Shown one piece after another: positions 1-6,932 of a stretch of 32,000 nucleotides of DNA. The stretch is from Pyrobaculum aerophilum str. IM2 (GTDB lineage Archaea > Thermoproteota > Thermoprotei > Thermoproteales > Thermoproteaceae). The translations under genes were made by a program, and so were the position numbers. Each line of letters opens with the position of its first letter. The stretch's first letter is position 1. Location: positions 1,980,001 to 2,012,000 of the forward strand of contig NC_003364.1 of NCBI RefSeq assembly GCF_000007225.1. Direction: 5' to 3'. The notes below the pieces were generated by a model. That model ran no database searches. It was not told the DNA's origin and saw only the letters and a program-made list of their open reading frames with translations.

Positions 1-13
1 GTATAACGCTCAC

Positions 14-274
14 GTGCACCCGCATGTCCACGCCAACCACGGAAGCGTCATGTTTGCAGTAAAGGGAGCACCAAAGGATTTATTAAAGGCCCTAAGGGAA
101 GTTTTAGATTTTGTAAAGCTTAATTGTGAAAAATGTCTATTACACTCTCTGGACGGGGAATTCCACCTTGGCGAAGATCTTAGTGGTATATATTTTGGAG
201 ATAGCTATAAAATTACAGTGATAGTCCCTGCAGAAGACGGAAAAAGGCTTAAAGTACACGAGGTGCACTTTTAG
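14..274 (+). CDS. Hypothetical His-rich protein (HVHPHVHANH at N-terminus); reading frame is open to the left window edge, so it may be the 3' end of a longer gene
   Basis: ORF track 14..274 with GTG start. In-frame codons at 2-13 (Y N A H) contain no stop. No recognisable family motif. Confidence 0.35.
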   Translation: MHPHVHANHGSVMFAVKGAPKDLLKALREVLDFVKLNCEKCLLHSLDGEFHLGEDLSGIYFGDSYKITVIVPAEDGKRLKVHEVHF

Positions 275-563
275 TTTTCTCCATTATACATTTTATAGTC
301 TCTGAAATTTCAGGCGATACAATTTTTTCTAAGTCGTGAAGAGAGACATGTGGATATCCGCCGATCCATATGGGCCTGTGTATAAAAGTTGGATCAGTAA
401 TGGCCCAGACGCACTGCCTCTCTTCTATCTTGTCTATGTCGTTAACATATACGACAACGTCGCAGTCACATGGCGTGGAGCAGCCGAGCAATTTGGCCAG
501 AGGAGAGGGCCCCGTGAGGACTGGGATTCCCATATTATAGATTTCCCAATACCTTTGGCACAT
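249..563 (-). CDS. Hypothetical 104-aa protein (Cys-containing, CDCD motif)
   Basis: ATG at 563 is preceded on the minus strand by the A/T box cttaaaatatttag (+577-590), ~20-27 nt upstream, matching the leaderless pattern seen elsewhere in the window. Preferred over the antisense ORF 336..572, whose translation looks less protein-like. Confidence 0.4.
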   Translation of the reverse strand: MCQRYWEIYNMGIPVLTGPSPLAKLLGCSTPCDCDVVVYVNDIDKIEERQCVWAITDPTFIHRPIWIGGYPHVSLHDLEKIVSPEISETIKCIMEKTKSAPRVL

Positions 564-744
564 GGCTTATAAGTTATCTAAATATTTTAAGTCATATATA
601 TCGTCAAGCAATATTATTATCTCATTTAAGTTTATTTTCTTTTTCTTTAGAGTCTTTGGCGTCACTTCTATAAATTCAGGTATAAGAGTTTCATCTGTTT
701 TCTTATACAGAATTCGCACATAGTATTGTATTTTTTAAAACTGC

Positions 745-1005
745 TATAGGGAGACCCCTTTCGCCGTTCTTATCCGCCAACTTGTCAAGGCAGTAAAAAG
801 GACAAGACGGCCCCACAAAGCGTCGAACTTCCGGGGCAGGAAAAAGGCATCAAGTATGCGCTCACTTACACGTCACCTTAACCGCCTTGGCCGTCGCCGT
901 CTCTGTGGGCCACTTTCATCCCGTCGTATACAGATTTGGGGCCTTAGACAGACGCCGTAAGGCGTGTCGTACACGTATAAAGTGCTCATTTTCTCTCCCT
1001 TTATA
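745..1005. other. GC-richer ORF-free island of unassigned nature (structured RNA candidate or decayed gene)
   Basis: No ORF of 60 aa or more on either strand across 564-1115. Hairpin at 947-968: 8 bp, GA bulge, GUAA loop on the + strand. 809-815 is complementary to 937-943, and 749-754 (GGGAGA) to 994-999 (UCUCCC). Flanked by the A/T boxes 731-740 and 1001-1008. Confidence 0.3.
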
Positions 1006-1115
1006 AACTACCTTCTTCTCCGTCACAAAACACAGTATTGGTAACCGCGCCGCCCGTCCCGCCAGAAGGTCCTCCTCAAGGCGTATTCGCTAATTAACGC
1101 GTCGGCAACTTACCA

Positions 1116-2408
1116 TTACCAAAATTTCTTTGAGAGGAAGATCTCTTCTCCCGAGGCCGTTGGGAGGTATATATTATCGTACCCCTCCTTTGCTAACCGC
1201 CTTATGAAAGGCGCGGCAGTCAGCGGATCTGTATGTACGAGAATTATCTTGGTTTCTGGCGTAAATCTCTTTACAAATTCCTCCAACTCCCTCCTGCCGG
1301 CGTGTGCGCTGAAGTCAAACCATTCCAGTCTGGCCTCTACTTTAATTGTCGTCCCGTCAAGGAAGGCATAGCCCTTGCTTAATATCTGAAAACCGGGCGT
1401 ATTTGGCGCTTGAAATGATGGCAGGAAAATCCCATTTTTCTTATTCTGTGCCATTTTTTTAAAATAGAAAAGCGCAGCTCCTCCCTTTAGCATCCCGGCA
1501 GGCGTTATAATCACTGAGGGCTCCTCCACGGCGCCTTTTCTGACATAAGCATTTGGGACCTCGATAGAAATCTCCAAGGCCTTTTTGTACAAATCGGGGT
1601 CTTTTAATAAGTGGGGGTATCTGCCCACAATTTGATTAATCTGTCTGGCGAGTCCATCTACATATATTGGATACGCGTCAATTCCGTATTTTACAAGCGT
1701 TAATAAAATCTCCTGGGCCCTCCCAAGCGCAAACGACGGTATTAATACAGACCCCCCGCCCTCTAATACCTCTTTGACAGACTGTACAAATTCCCTTTCC
1801 AGCCTCTCCCGCGGCGGGTGGTCTGTCGATGCATATGTAGCCTCCATAATGACGACATCGGGATTTTTCGGTATGTTGTACAAATCTGCGCCTCTTAACA
1901 AATTTGAATCGACAGTGTTGAAATCCCCAGTAAAAACCACCACATATCCCTCAACTTCTATAACCGATATGGCGCTACCCGGTATGTGGCCAGCGTTGTA
2001 TACTGTAATTACGGCGTCTCTGCCTATTTCCACTGGTTCGCCGTAGGTGAGAGGCACGGCGCTGGACATAGTCTCTCTAACTTCTTCAAGCGTGTAGGGG
2101 AGGTAATAGCCCGATAATTTTATAGCATCTGTATACATCAAATCGCTTAACTCCATGGTTAAAGGCGTGGAGTATAAAGGCGTTTTTGTTGAGACATAAA
2201 GCGACGGGAGACCGCCGCTGTGATCTAAATGCGCATGGCTTAAAAAAGTGGCAGTGAGATCCCTCGGGCGGACGTGGAGAGGGAATACAGGCTTGTCATT
2301 GGCGTCAAACGAGACGCCGTAGTCCAGCAATATGCCATTAGAGGCTGTTTTAATTAAAACCGCAAGCCTCCCGACTTCGCCTGCGCCCCCCAGCAGTCGG
2401 ATCTTCAT
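1116..2408 (-). CDS. Metallo-beta-lactamase / beta-CASP ribonuclease without KH domains (aCPSF2-type)
   Basis: HxHxDH motif SHAHLDHSGG, beta-CASP-like C-terminal half, ~430 aa. Start re-called to ATG 2408 (MKIRLLGGAGEVG), which lies ~25 nt from the A/T box 2427-2440. The ORF-track start at 2453 lies upstream of that box. Confidence 0.85.
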   Translation of the reverse strand: MKIRLLGGAGEVGRLAVLIKTASNGILLDYGVSFDANDKPVFPLHVRPRDLTATFLSHAHLDHSGGLPSLYVSTKTPLYSTPLTMELSDLMYTDAIKLSGYYLPYTLEEVRETMSSAVPLTYGEPVEIGRDAVITVYNAGHIPGSAISVIEVEGYVVVFTGDFNTVDSNLLRGADLYNIPKNPDVVIMEATYASTDHPPRERLEREFVQSVKEVLEGGGSVLIPSFALGRAQEILLTLVKYGIDAYPIYVDGLARQINQIVGRYPHLLKDPDLYKKALEISIEVPNAYVRKGAVEEPSVIITPAGMLKGGAALFYFKKMAQNKKNGIFLPSFQAPNTPGFQILSKGYAFLDGTTIKVEARLEWFDFSAHAGRRELEEFVKRFTPETKIILVHTDPLTAAPFIRRLAKEGYDNIYLPTASGEEIFLSKKFW

Positions 2409-2426
2409 ATTCCGCAAAGGCGGGGG

Positions 2427-2440
2427 ATATAAAATAAAAA
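2427..2440. promoter_or_regulatory. Single A/T tract (ATATAAAATAAAAA) centred ~26 nt from two divergent ATGs (2408 minus, 2461 plus): candidate bidirectional TATA element
   Basis: Distances from the tract centre (2433.5) are 25.5 nt to ATG 2408 and 27.5 nt to ATG 2461. Archaeal TATA boxes lie ~26 nt upstream of the TSS, and leaderless mRNAs start at or next to the start codon. Confidence 0.45.
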
Positions 2441-2460
2441 CCTTTTCGGACAATTAACTT

Positions 2461-2577
2461 ATGGAAGAAGTTGAAAGACGCCTAAACGCGCTGTTGGAGA
2501 TAAACAAAAGAATACTGGTCCACTTAGATGAGATAAACCGCGTACTTGCCGAGAAAACCCGGCGTAGCGGAGGTTAG
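2461..2577 (+). CDS. Candidate small ORF, 38 aa (MEEVERRLNALLEINKRILVHLDEINRVLAEKTRRSGG), predicted amphipathic helix
   Basis: ATG 2461 to TAG 2575-2577, below the ORF-track size cutoff. Correct spacing from the A/T tract 2427-2440. Heptad-like Leu/Ile pattern. No homology evidence available. Confidence 0.25.
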   Translation: MEEVERRLNALLEINKRILVHLDEINRVLAEKTRRSGG

Positions 2578-2585
2578 GCGCTGAT

Positions 2586-2598
2586 AAAATTTATATAC
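2586..2598 (+). promoter_or_regulatory. TATA-like box (AAAATTTATATAC) for rpl24
   Basis: Centre lies 26 nt upstream of ATG 2618. Confidence 0.5.
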
Positions 2599-2617
2599 TG
2601 CACGCCTAAGGGGCTCC

Positions 2618-2989
2618 ATGTCATTTACCACTTCGGCGCAACCGAGGAAGCAAAGGCGTAGTTTATACAAGGCGCCGCTCCACTTGCGGCGGAAATTATT
2701 CAACGCAAAACTTTCGCCAGAGCTCGCTAAAAAACTCGGCGTGAAAAGGTTGCCCGTGAGGCGAGGGGATACAGTCTTGATATTAAGAGGGGACTTCAAG
2801 GGAGTGACGGGAAAAGTCGTCAAAGTCGACCTCAAAAGAGTGCGCATCTACGTAGAAGGCGCCACTAGAACTAATAGTAGAGGACAGACGGTGTATTATC
2901 CAATTCACCCCAGTAAAGTAATGATAGTAGATGTAGACCTATCAGATAAAGCTCGGCAAAAAATAATAGAAAGAAGAAAAAAGAAGTAA
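2618..2989 (+). CDS. rpl24: 50S ribosomal protein uL24 (L24P)
   Basis: KOW-type core: [37 protein letters not shown]. Size and basic N-terminus are typical of archaeal L24. Confidence 0.95.
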   Translation: MSFTTSAQPRKQRRSLYKAPLHLRRKLFNAKLSPELAKKLGVKRLPVRRGDTVLILRGDFKGVTGKVVKVDLKRVRIYVEGATRTNSRGQTVYYPIHPSKVMIVDVDLSDKARQKIIERRKKK

Positions 2990-2993
2990 AGCT

Positions 2994-3710
2994 ATGGTAC
3001 ACCTAAGAAGAACGCTAGCGCCTGCTTGGTGGCCAATCCCTAGAAAGAAAGGCGGCGTATGGGTTGTTAGGCCGTCACCTGGGCCGCACAGCCTAGCTTA
3101 TTCACTGCCCTTGGCCCTGATTATTAGGGATGTATTAAAATACGCAAAGACAATGCACGAGGCTAGGTACATAATATCAAGAGGTTATGTAAAAGTAGAT
3201 GGAGTTGTAAGAAGGGATTACAAATTCCCGGTGGGGCTTATGGACGTTATAGAAATCGTGCCGACAGGGGAGGTGTACAGAGTCGTGCCAGACGCAGATA
3301 AGTACTATAATCTATTGCCTATCTCCACAGAGGAAGCCGCCCTCAAATTGCTTAGAGTTGAAGGTAAGACTATGGTCAAGGGCGGGAGGATACAACTACA
3401 CTTCCACGACGGTAGGAATTTAATCACAACGCTTGAGGCGGGGAAACAGATAAAAACATTTGACTCAGTGCTTTACGATTTACGTAATAAGGCTATAAAG
3501 GCTCATATCCCGCTGAAATTAGGAGTAAACGCGGTGGTTATCCACGGCAGTAACGTTGGCTTCTCCGGCACGCTCTATGAAATTGTCTGGACGTTAAAGC
3601 GCAAGCAGTCAGTAGTCGCCCTTAAGAAAGGCGATGAGGTTAGGAGGACAATATTAAATTACGTAATGGCCGTGGGTAGCGAAGGGCCAGTGATAAAAAT
3701 CTCCCCTTAA
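2994..3710 (+). CDS. rps4e: 30S ribosomal protein eS4 (S4e)
   Basis: N-terminus HLRRTLAPAWWPIPRKKG and the S4/KOW arrangement. Follows L24 as in the conserved archaeal r-protein order. Confidence 0.95.
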   Translation: MVHLRRTLAPAWWPIPRKKGGVWVVRPSPGPHSLAYSLPLALIIRDVLKYAKTMHEARYIISRGYVKVDGVVRRDYKFPVGLMDVIEIVPTGEVYRVVPDADKYYNLLPISTEEAALKLLRVEGKTMVKGGRIQLHFHDGRNLITTLEAGKQIKTFDSVLYDLRNKAIKAHIPLKLGVNAVVIHGSNVGFSGTLYEIVWTLKRKQSVVALKKGDEVRRTILNYVMAVGSEGPVIKISP

Positions 3711-4135
3711 TCAGCTGGGGGCTTCTCCTCTTGGTAGGCCTCAGTCATTTTCTTAGATAACAACTTCTCCTCTGCCTTCCAGAACGCATCTCCGTAGTAG
3801 TCCAGCGCCTTTTCCATATCGGTTAAGCTGATGGCGATTGGCTCAAATATCCTCACGACGTCGCCCTCCACTACCCACCCCTCTACAACACCGCCCATCG
3901 TCCAGTCGTACTTAGCGCTTATTACATACCGCCTTTCGAAGGCAGCACTTCTTATTCTTATATAGACTGTGGCTAAGCCGAACTCTTTTAGAAATTTGGA
4001 GACGACCTCTCTATATTTTACGCTGGGTTTCGGCGCCGGCACTCTCTCTATTTGTATGATATCGTCGCGTTTTAAGTCTTCCTCTAATAACTGTAGAAGT
4101 TTAGAGACGGGGTTTCCAGTTCTCTCAATTCTCAT
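3707..4135 (-). CDS. Hypothetical protein (142 aa), no recognisable family
   Basis: ATG 4135 (MRIERTG) lies ~25 nt downstream of the box ATTTAAAAGG located in the 25-nt gap after the oppF stop. The stop overlaps the rps4e stop in a shared TTAA (3707-3710). Confidence 0.6.
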   Translation of the reverse strand: MRIERTGNPVSKLLQLLEEDLKRDDIIQIERVPAPKPSVKYREVVSKFLKEFGLATVYIRIRSAAFERRYVISAKYDWTMGGVVEGWVVEGDVVRIFEPIAISLTDMEKALDYYGDAFWKAEEKLLSKKMTEAYQEEKPPAD

Positions 4136-4166
4136 AACCACTGAATACTACTTCCTTTTAAATGTC

Positions 4167-5132
4167 TTAGTAAAGCCAGCAAGCAACTAGATGTCCTGGC
4201 TTTATCTCAACGAGCTTAGGCTCTTCTTTTTCGCATTTTCCTTTTATTATGTAGGGGCATCTTGGGTGGAAGCGGCAACCGCTTGGCGGATTAATAAGGC
4301 TGGGCGGCTCTCCTGGGGGCACTTTCCGTATTTTAAACCTATTAGCGGGATCTGGATCTGGCAACGCCTCTATTAGAGCCTGTGTATATGGATGAAGCGG
4401 CTCTTTTATGACGTCTTTAAAAGGCCCGTATTCTACCATTTTTCCCGCGTACATTACCAAAATTTTATCGGCCAGGTATTTTGCTGTGGCTATGTCGTGA
4501 GTAATGTAAATCATTGTGATGCCGTATTTCGATTGTAGAGATCTCATTAGGGATAGAATCTCAGCTCTAATAGACACGTCCAGCATAGAGACGGGCTCGT
4601 CGGCGACAACGAACTTAGGCCTTGTTATTAAGGCTCTGGCAATTCCTACGCGTTGCCTCTGGCCTCCGCTTAACATATGTGGATATTTCTTAAGGAAGTC
4701 GTCAGGGGGCGTGAGCCTTACCTCTTCCAACGCCCTCACCACTTGTTCATACCTCTCCTTTGGGGGTACACCTCTGAGTATTAATGGCTCCTCTAAAATG
4801 TACTGAACTGTGTGATATGGATTTAACGAGCTGAAGGGGTCTTGAAAAATCATTGCCGTGGAAAACCTATACCACCTCAGCATGCCCTCTGGGACGTGCG
4901 TGATATCCCTTCCCTCAAATATTATCTTCCCACCAGTCGGCTCTATAAGCCTGAGAACAGTGCGGCCAAGAGTGGTTTTTCCAGAACCAGACTCTCCTAT
5001 TACTGCTAGCACTTCTCCCTTCTCTAGAGTAAAACTCACTCCATCTACTGCCTTAACGTATCTAACAGGGCTGAAGATTCCTCTCTTGACGGGAAACCAC
5101 GTCCTTAAATCTTTGACCTCTAGCAGTGGCAT
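4167..5132 (-). CDS. oppF: Oligopeptide/dipeptide ABC transporter ATP-binding protein (OppF/DppF type)
   Basis: Walker A GESGSGKTT, signature LSGGQRQR, Walker B VVADEP, Opp-type C-terminal Cys domain SGCRFHPRCP...C...AC. Start re-called to ATG 5132 (MPLLEVKDL), parallel to the OppD N-terminus. The ORF-track TTG at 5150 overlaps oppD. Confidence 0.9.
   Translation of the reverse strand: MPLLEVKDLRTWFPVKRGIFSPVRYVKAVDGVSFTLEKGEVLAVIGESGSGKTTLGRTVLRLIEPTGGKIIFEGRDITHVPEGMLRWYRFSTAMIFQDPFSSLNPYHTVQYILEEPLILRGVPPKERYEQVVRALEEVRLTPPDDFLKKYPHMLSGGQRQRVGIARALITRPKFVVADEPVSMLDVSIRAEILSLMRSLQSKYGITMIYITHDIATAKYLADKILVMYAGKMVEYGPFKDVIKEPLHPYTQALIEALPDPDPANRFKIRKVPPGEPPSLINPPSGCRFHPRCPYIIKGKCEKEEPKLVEIKPGHLVACWLY
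4219..4305. repeat. Copy 1 of an 87-bp perfect direct repeat (inside the oppF 3' end)
   Basis: ggctcttctttttcgcattttccttttattatgtaggggcatcttgggtggaagcggcaaccgcttggcggattaataaggctgggc, base-for-base identical to 5184-5270 (offset 965 bp). Confidence 0.9.
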
Positions 5133-5134
5133 AT

Positions 5135-6103
5135 TTAATAGAGCCAGCAAGCCACTAAGCTACTTTCCACCTCTTTTGTTTTCGGCTCTTCTTTTTCGCA
5201 TTTTCCTTTTATTATGTAGGGGCATCTTGGGTGGAAGCGGCAACCGCTTGGCGGATTAATAAGGCTGGGCACATCGCCTGGTATATACTCAATTTTCTTC
5301 TCCTCGCGTAATGTAGGCATTGCGGCCAGCAGTTTCTGCGAGTACGGGTGTTTCGGCTTGCGGAAAAATATATCAGCTGGCGCCACTTCTACCAGCTTCC
5401 CTGCGTACATGACGCCAACTTTATCGGCTATTTCAGAAGCTAGTGCTATGTCGTGGGTAATTAAGATATATGATAAGTTGAATTTAGATTTCAACTCTTT
5501 CAACAAGTTCATAATATTCGCTTGGGTGATGACGTCTAAGGCTGAGGTCGGCTCGTCCAATATGACAAGTCTAGGCCTCATCATAATCGCCATTGCAATA
5601 ACCACTCTTTGCTTCATGCCGCCAGACAGCTCAAAGGGATATCTCGCCAAGACGTCTTTTGACAGGCCAACAGATCTAAGGGCCTCCTCGGCTATTTTTA
5701 CAGCTTCGCTTTTAGAAAGCCCTAGGTGTAACACCAATGGCTCAATCATCTGGTCCTGTACTCTCAGAATAGGATTTAGAGCGTTCATAGATGCTTGAAA
5801 CACCATGGAAATTTTCTTCCAGCGAATTTTCCGCCTAATCTCTTCGTCGGACATTTTCATTAAATCGACTACGCCCAGCTCCTCATCATAAAACAAAATC
5901 TCGCCGCCTACCTCCGCGACGTTTCGCGGCAAGAGCCTAATGATCGTGAAGGCTAAAGAGCTCTTCCCGCCTCCGCTTTCCCCAACTAAAGCCAAGGCCT
6001 CGCCCTTTTCAAGCCTAAAGGAAATGCCGTCTACTGCCTTAACAGTGCCTTTAGACGTGCTGTAATACATCTTCACATTACGCAACTCCAATAAAGGAGG
6101 CAT
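5135..6103 (-). CDS. oppD: Oligopeptide/dipeptide ABC transporter ATP-binding protein (OppD/DppD type)
   Basis: Walker A GESGGGKSS, signature LSGGMKQR, Walker B LILDEP, same C-terminal Cys domain. Confidence 0.9.
   Translation of the reverse strand: MPPLLELRNVKMYYSTSKGTVKAVDGISFRLEKGEALALVGESGGGKSSLAFTIIRLLPRNVAEVGGEILFYDEELGVVDLMKMSDEEIRRKIRWKKISMVFQASMNALNPILRVQDQMIEPLVLHLGLSKSEAVKIAEEALRSVGLSKDVLARYPFELSGGMKQRVVIAMAIMMRPRLVILDEPTSALDVITQANIMNLLKELKSKFNLSYILITHDIALASEIADKVGVMYAGKLVEVAPADIFFRKPKHPYSQKLLAAMPTLREEKKIEYIPGDVPSLINPPSGCRFHPRCPYIIKGKCEKEEPKTKEVESSLVACWLY
5184..5270. repeat. Copy 2 of the 87-bp perfect direct repeat (inside the oppD 3' end)
   Basis: Identical to 4219-4305. Encodes the shared peptide PSLINPPSGCRFHPRCPYIIKGKCEKEEP. 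Confidence 0.9.
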
Positions 6104-6149
6104 GCACCTCTCTAAATAATCCTATATATATTTACCGCTTCATAGAGGC

Positions 6150-6932
6150 ATGGAAATAACAATAGCGGGAAACCCGACAATAGACATTATTATTACAAAT
6201 ACGGGAGCTGTCAAGCGGTACGGAGGCTCTATTTACTACGCATCGCTTGTGTTAAGCGCATTGGGGGCTAAAGTCAAAGTCGTCGGAGTCGCCTCGCCTG
6301 ACGTTATAAGCGATATTACCAAAGCACTGAGAGATATAGGCGTAGAGCCAGTTATTGAGCCAGCTGATGTCACTACCACTTTTGAACTCGATTATAGGAC
6401 AAGGCCGAGATCTGTGCGCCTAGTTGCCAAGCCTTCGAGGGGAATAGAGGCGGTTACGGGGGATATAGTAATCCTTGCACCTGTATACGACGAGTTGTCC
6501 GGCGCTAAGGTAGTCGGCAATAAAATCGTCGCAGACCTCCAGGGGTATCTGCGCGCGAAATCGCCTCTTCCAGACGCAGATCTTGTACACTTCTCATACG
6601 ATGATATGCAAGTCACATTGGAGGAAATCGCGAGGTTTGGGAAGAGATGGCCCACGGTTGTATACACCTTAGGCGAGGAGGGGGCCTATATTTTTCACGC
6701 CGGCGCAATGTACTATATAAACAGCGCGAGGCTGAATATAGTCGACGTCACGGGGAGCGGCGACGTCTTTCTCGCGGCATTGACATATTTCCATTACGTC
6801 AAGAGTCTTGACATAATAGACGCCGCATGTGAGGCGAGTAAAATAGTGGCAGGGTTCTTGGCAACTAGGAAAGTCGTAAAGTACGACTTCCCTTGTGTTA
6901 AACAAGTTGTTCAAGTGTGGCGATTCTCGTGA
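6150..6932 (+). CDS. PfkB-family (ribokinase-like) sugar/nucleoside kinase, short form (260 aa)
   Basis: C-terminal PfkB signature DVTGSGDVFLAAL; N-terminal GNPTIDII and GGSIYYAS motifs. Confidence 0.8.
   Translation: MEITIAGNPTIDIIITNTGAVKRYGGSIYYASLVLSALGAKVKVVGVASPDVISDITKALRDIGVEPVIEPADVTTTFELDYRTRPRSVRLVAKPSRGIEAVTGDIVILAPVYDELSGAKVVGNKIVADLQGYLRAKSPLPDADLVHFSYDDMQVTLEEIARFGKRWPTVVYTLGEEGAYIFHAGAMYYINSARLNIVDVTGSGDVFLAALTYFHYVKSLDIIDAACEASKIVAGFLATRKVVKYDFPCVKQVVQVWRFS

Noticed and set aside
336-572. Plus-strand ORF (78 aa) antisense to 249..563
   Set aside because: It almost fully overlaps the minus-strand ORF, which has a proper A/T box ~25 nt upstream of its ATG and a more protein-like composition. 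There is no promoter geometry for the plus ORF.
673-714. Imperfect AT-rich inverted repeat AATTCAGGTATAAG ... CTTATACAGAATT (7+5 bp, 15-nt loop)
   Set aside because: It is very AT-rich and interrupted, so it is unlikely to be stable at high growth temperature. No associated gene end or start makes it a convincing terminator or operator. It is noted only as part of the unexplained gap.
850-918. Three in-frame TGA codons in the minus-strand frame of the ORF-free island, considered as possible recoding (Sec or readthrough)
   Set aside because: An open frame of ~129 codons with 3 stops is within random expectation at this GC content. There is no SECIS-like element, no recognisable protein and no start codon. 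Crenarchaeota are not known to use selenocysteine.
799-946. RNase P RNA-like arrangement (AGGACAAG..GCCCC ... ACAGAUUUGGGGCCUUA) in the ORF-free island
   Set aside because: Not accepted as a call. The CR-I-like element has an inserted C and a 3-nt bulge instead of the universal GGAAAGUCC with a bulged U. No convincing P1/P2/P3 could be drawn, and ~55% GC is low for a hyperthermophile structural RNA. It is kept only as a hypothesis to test by covariance-model search.
5524-5600. GTGATGA followed by CTGA on the plus strand inside oppD
   Set aside because: Only 9 nt separate the boxes, where 12 are expected. No terminal CTGA lies at the required distance (it ends in ATCA). It is antisense to coding sequence.
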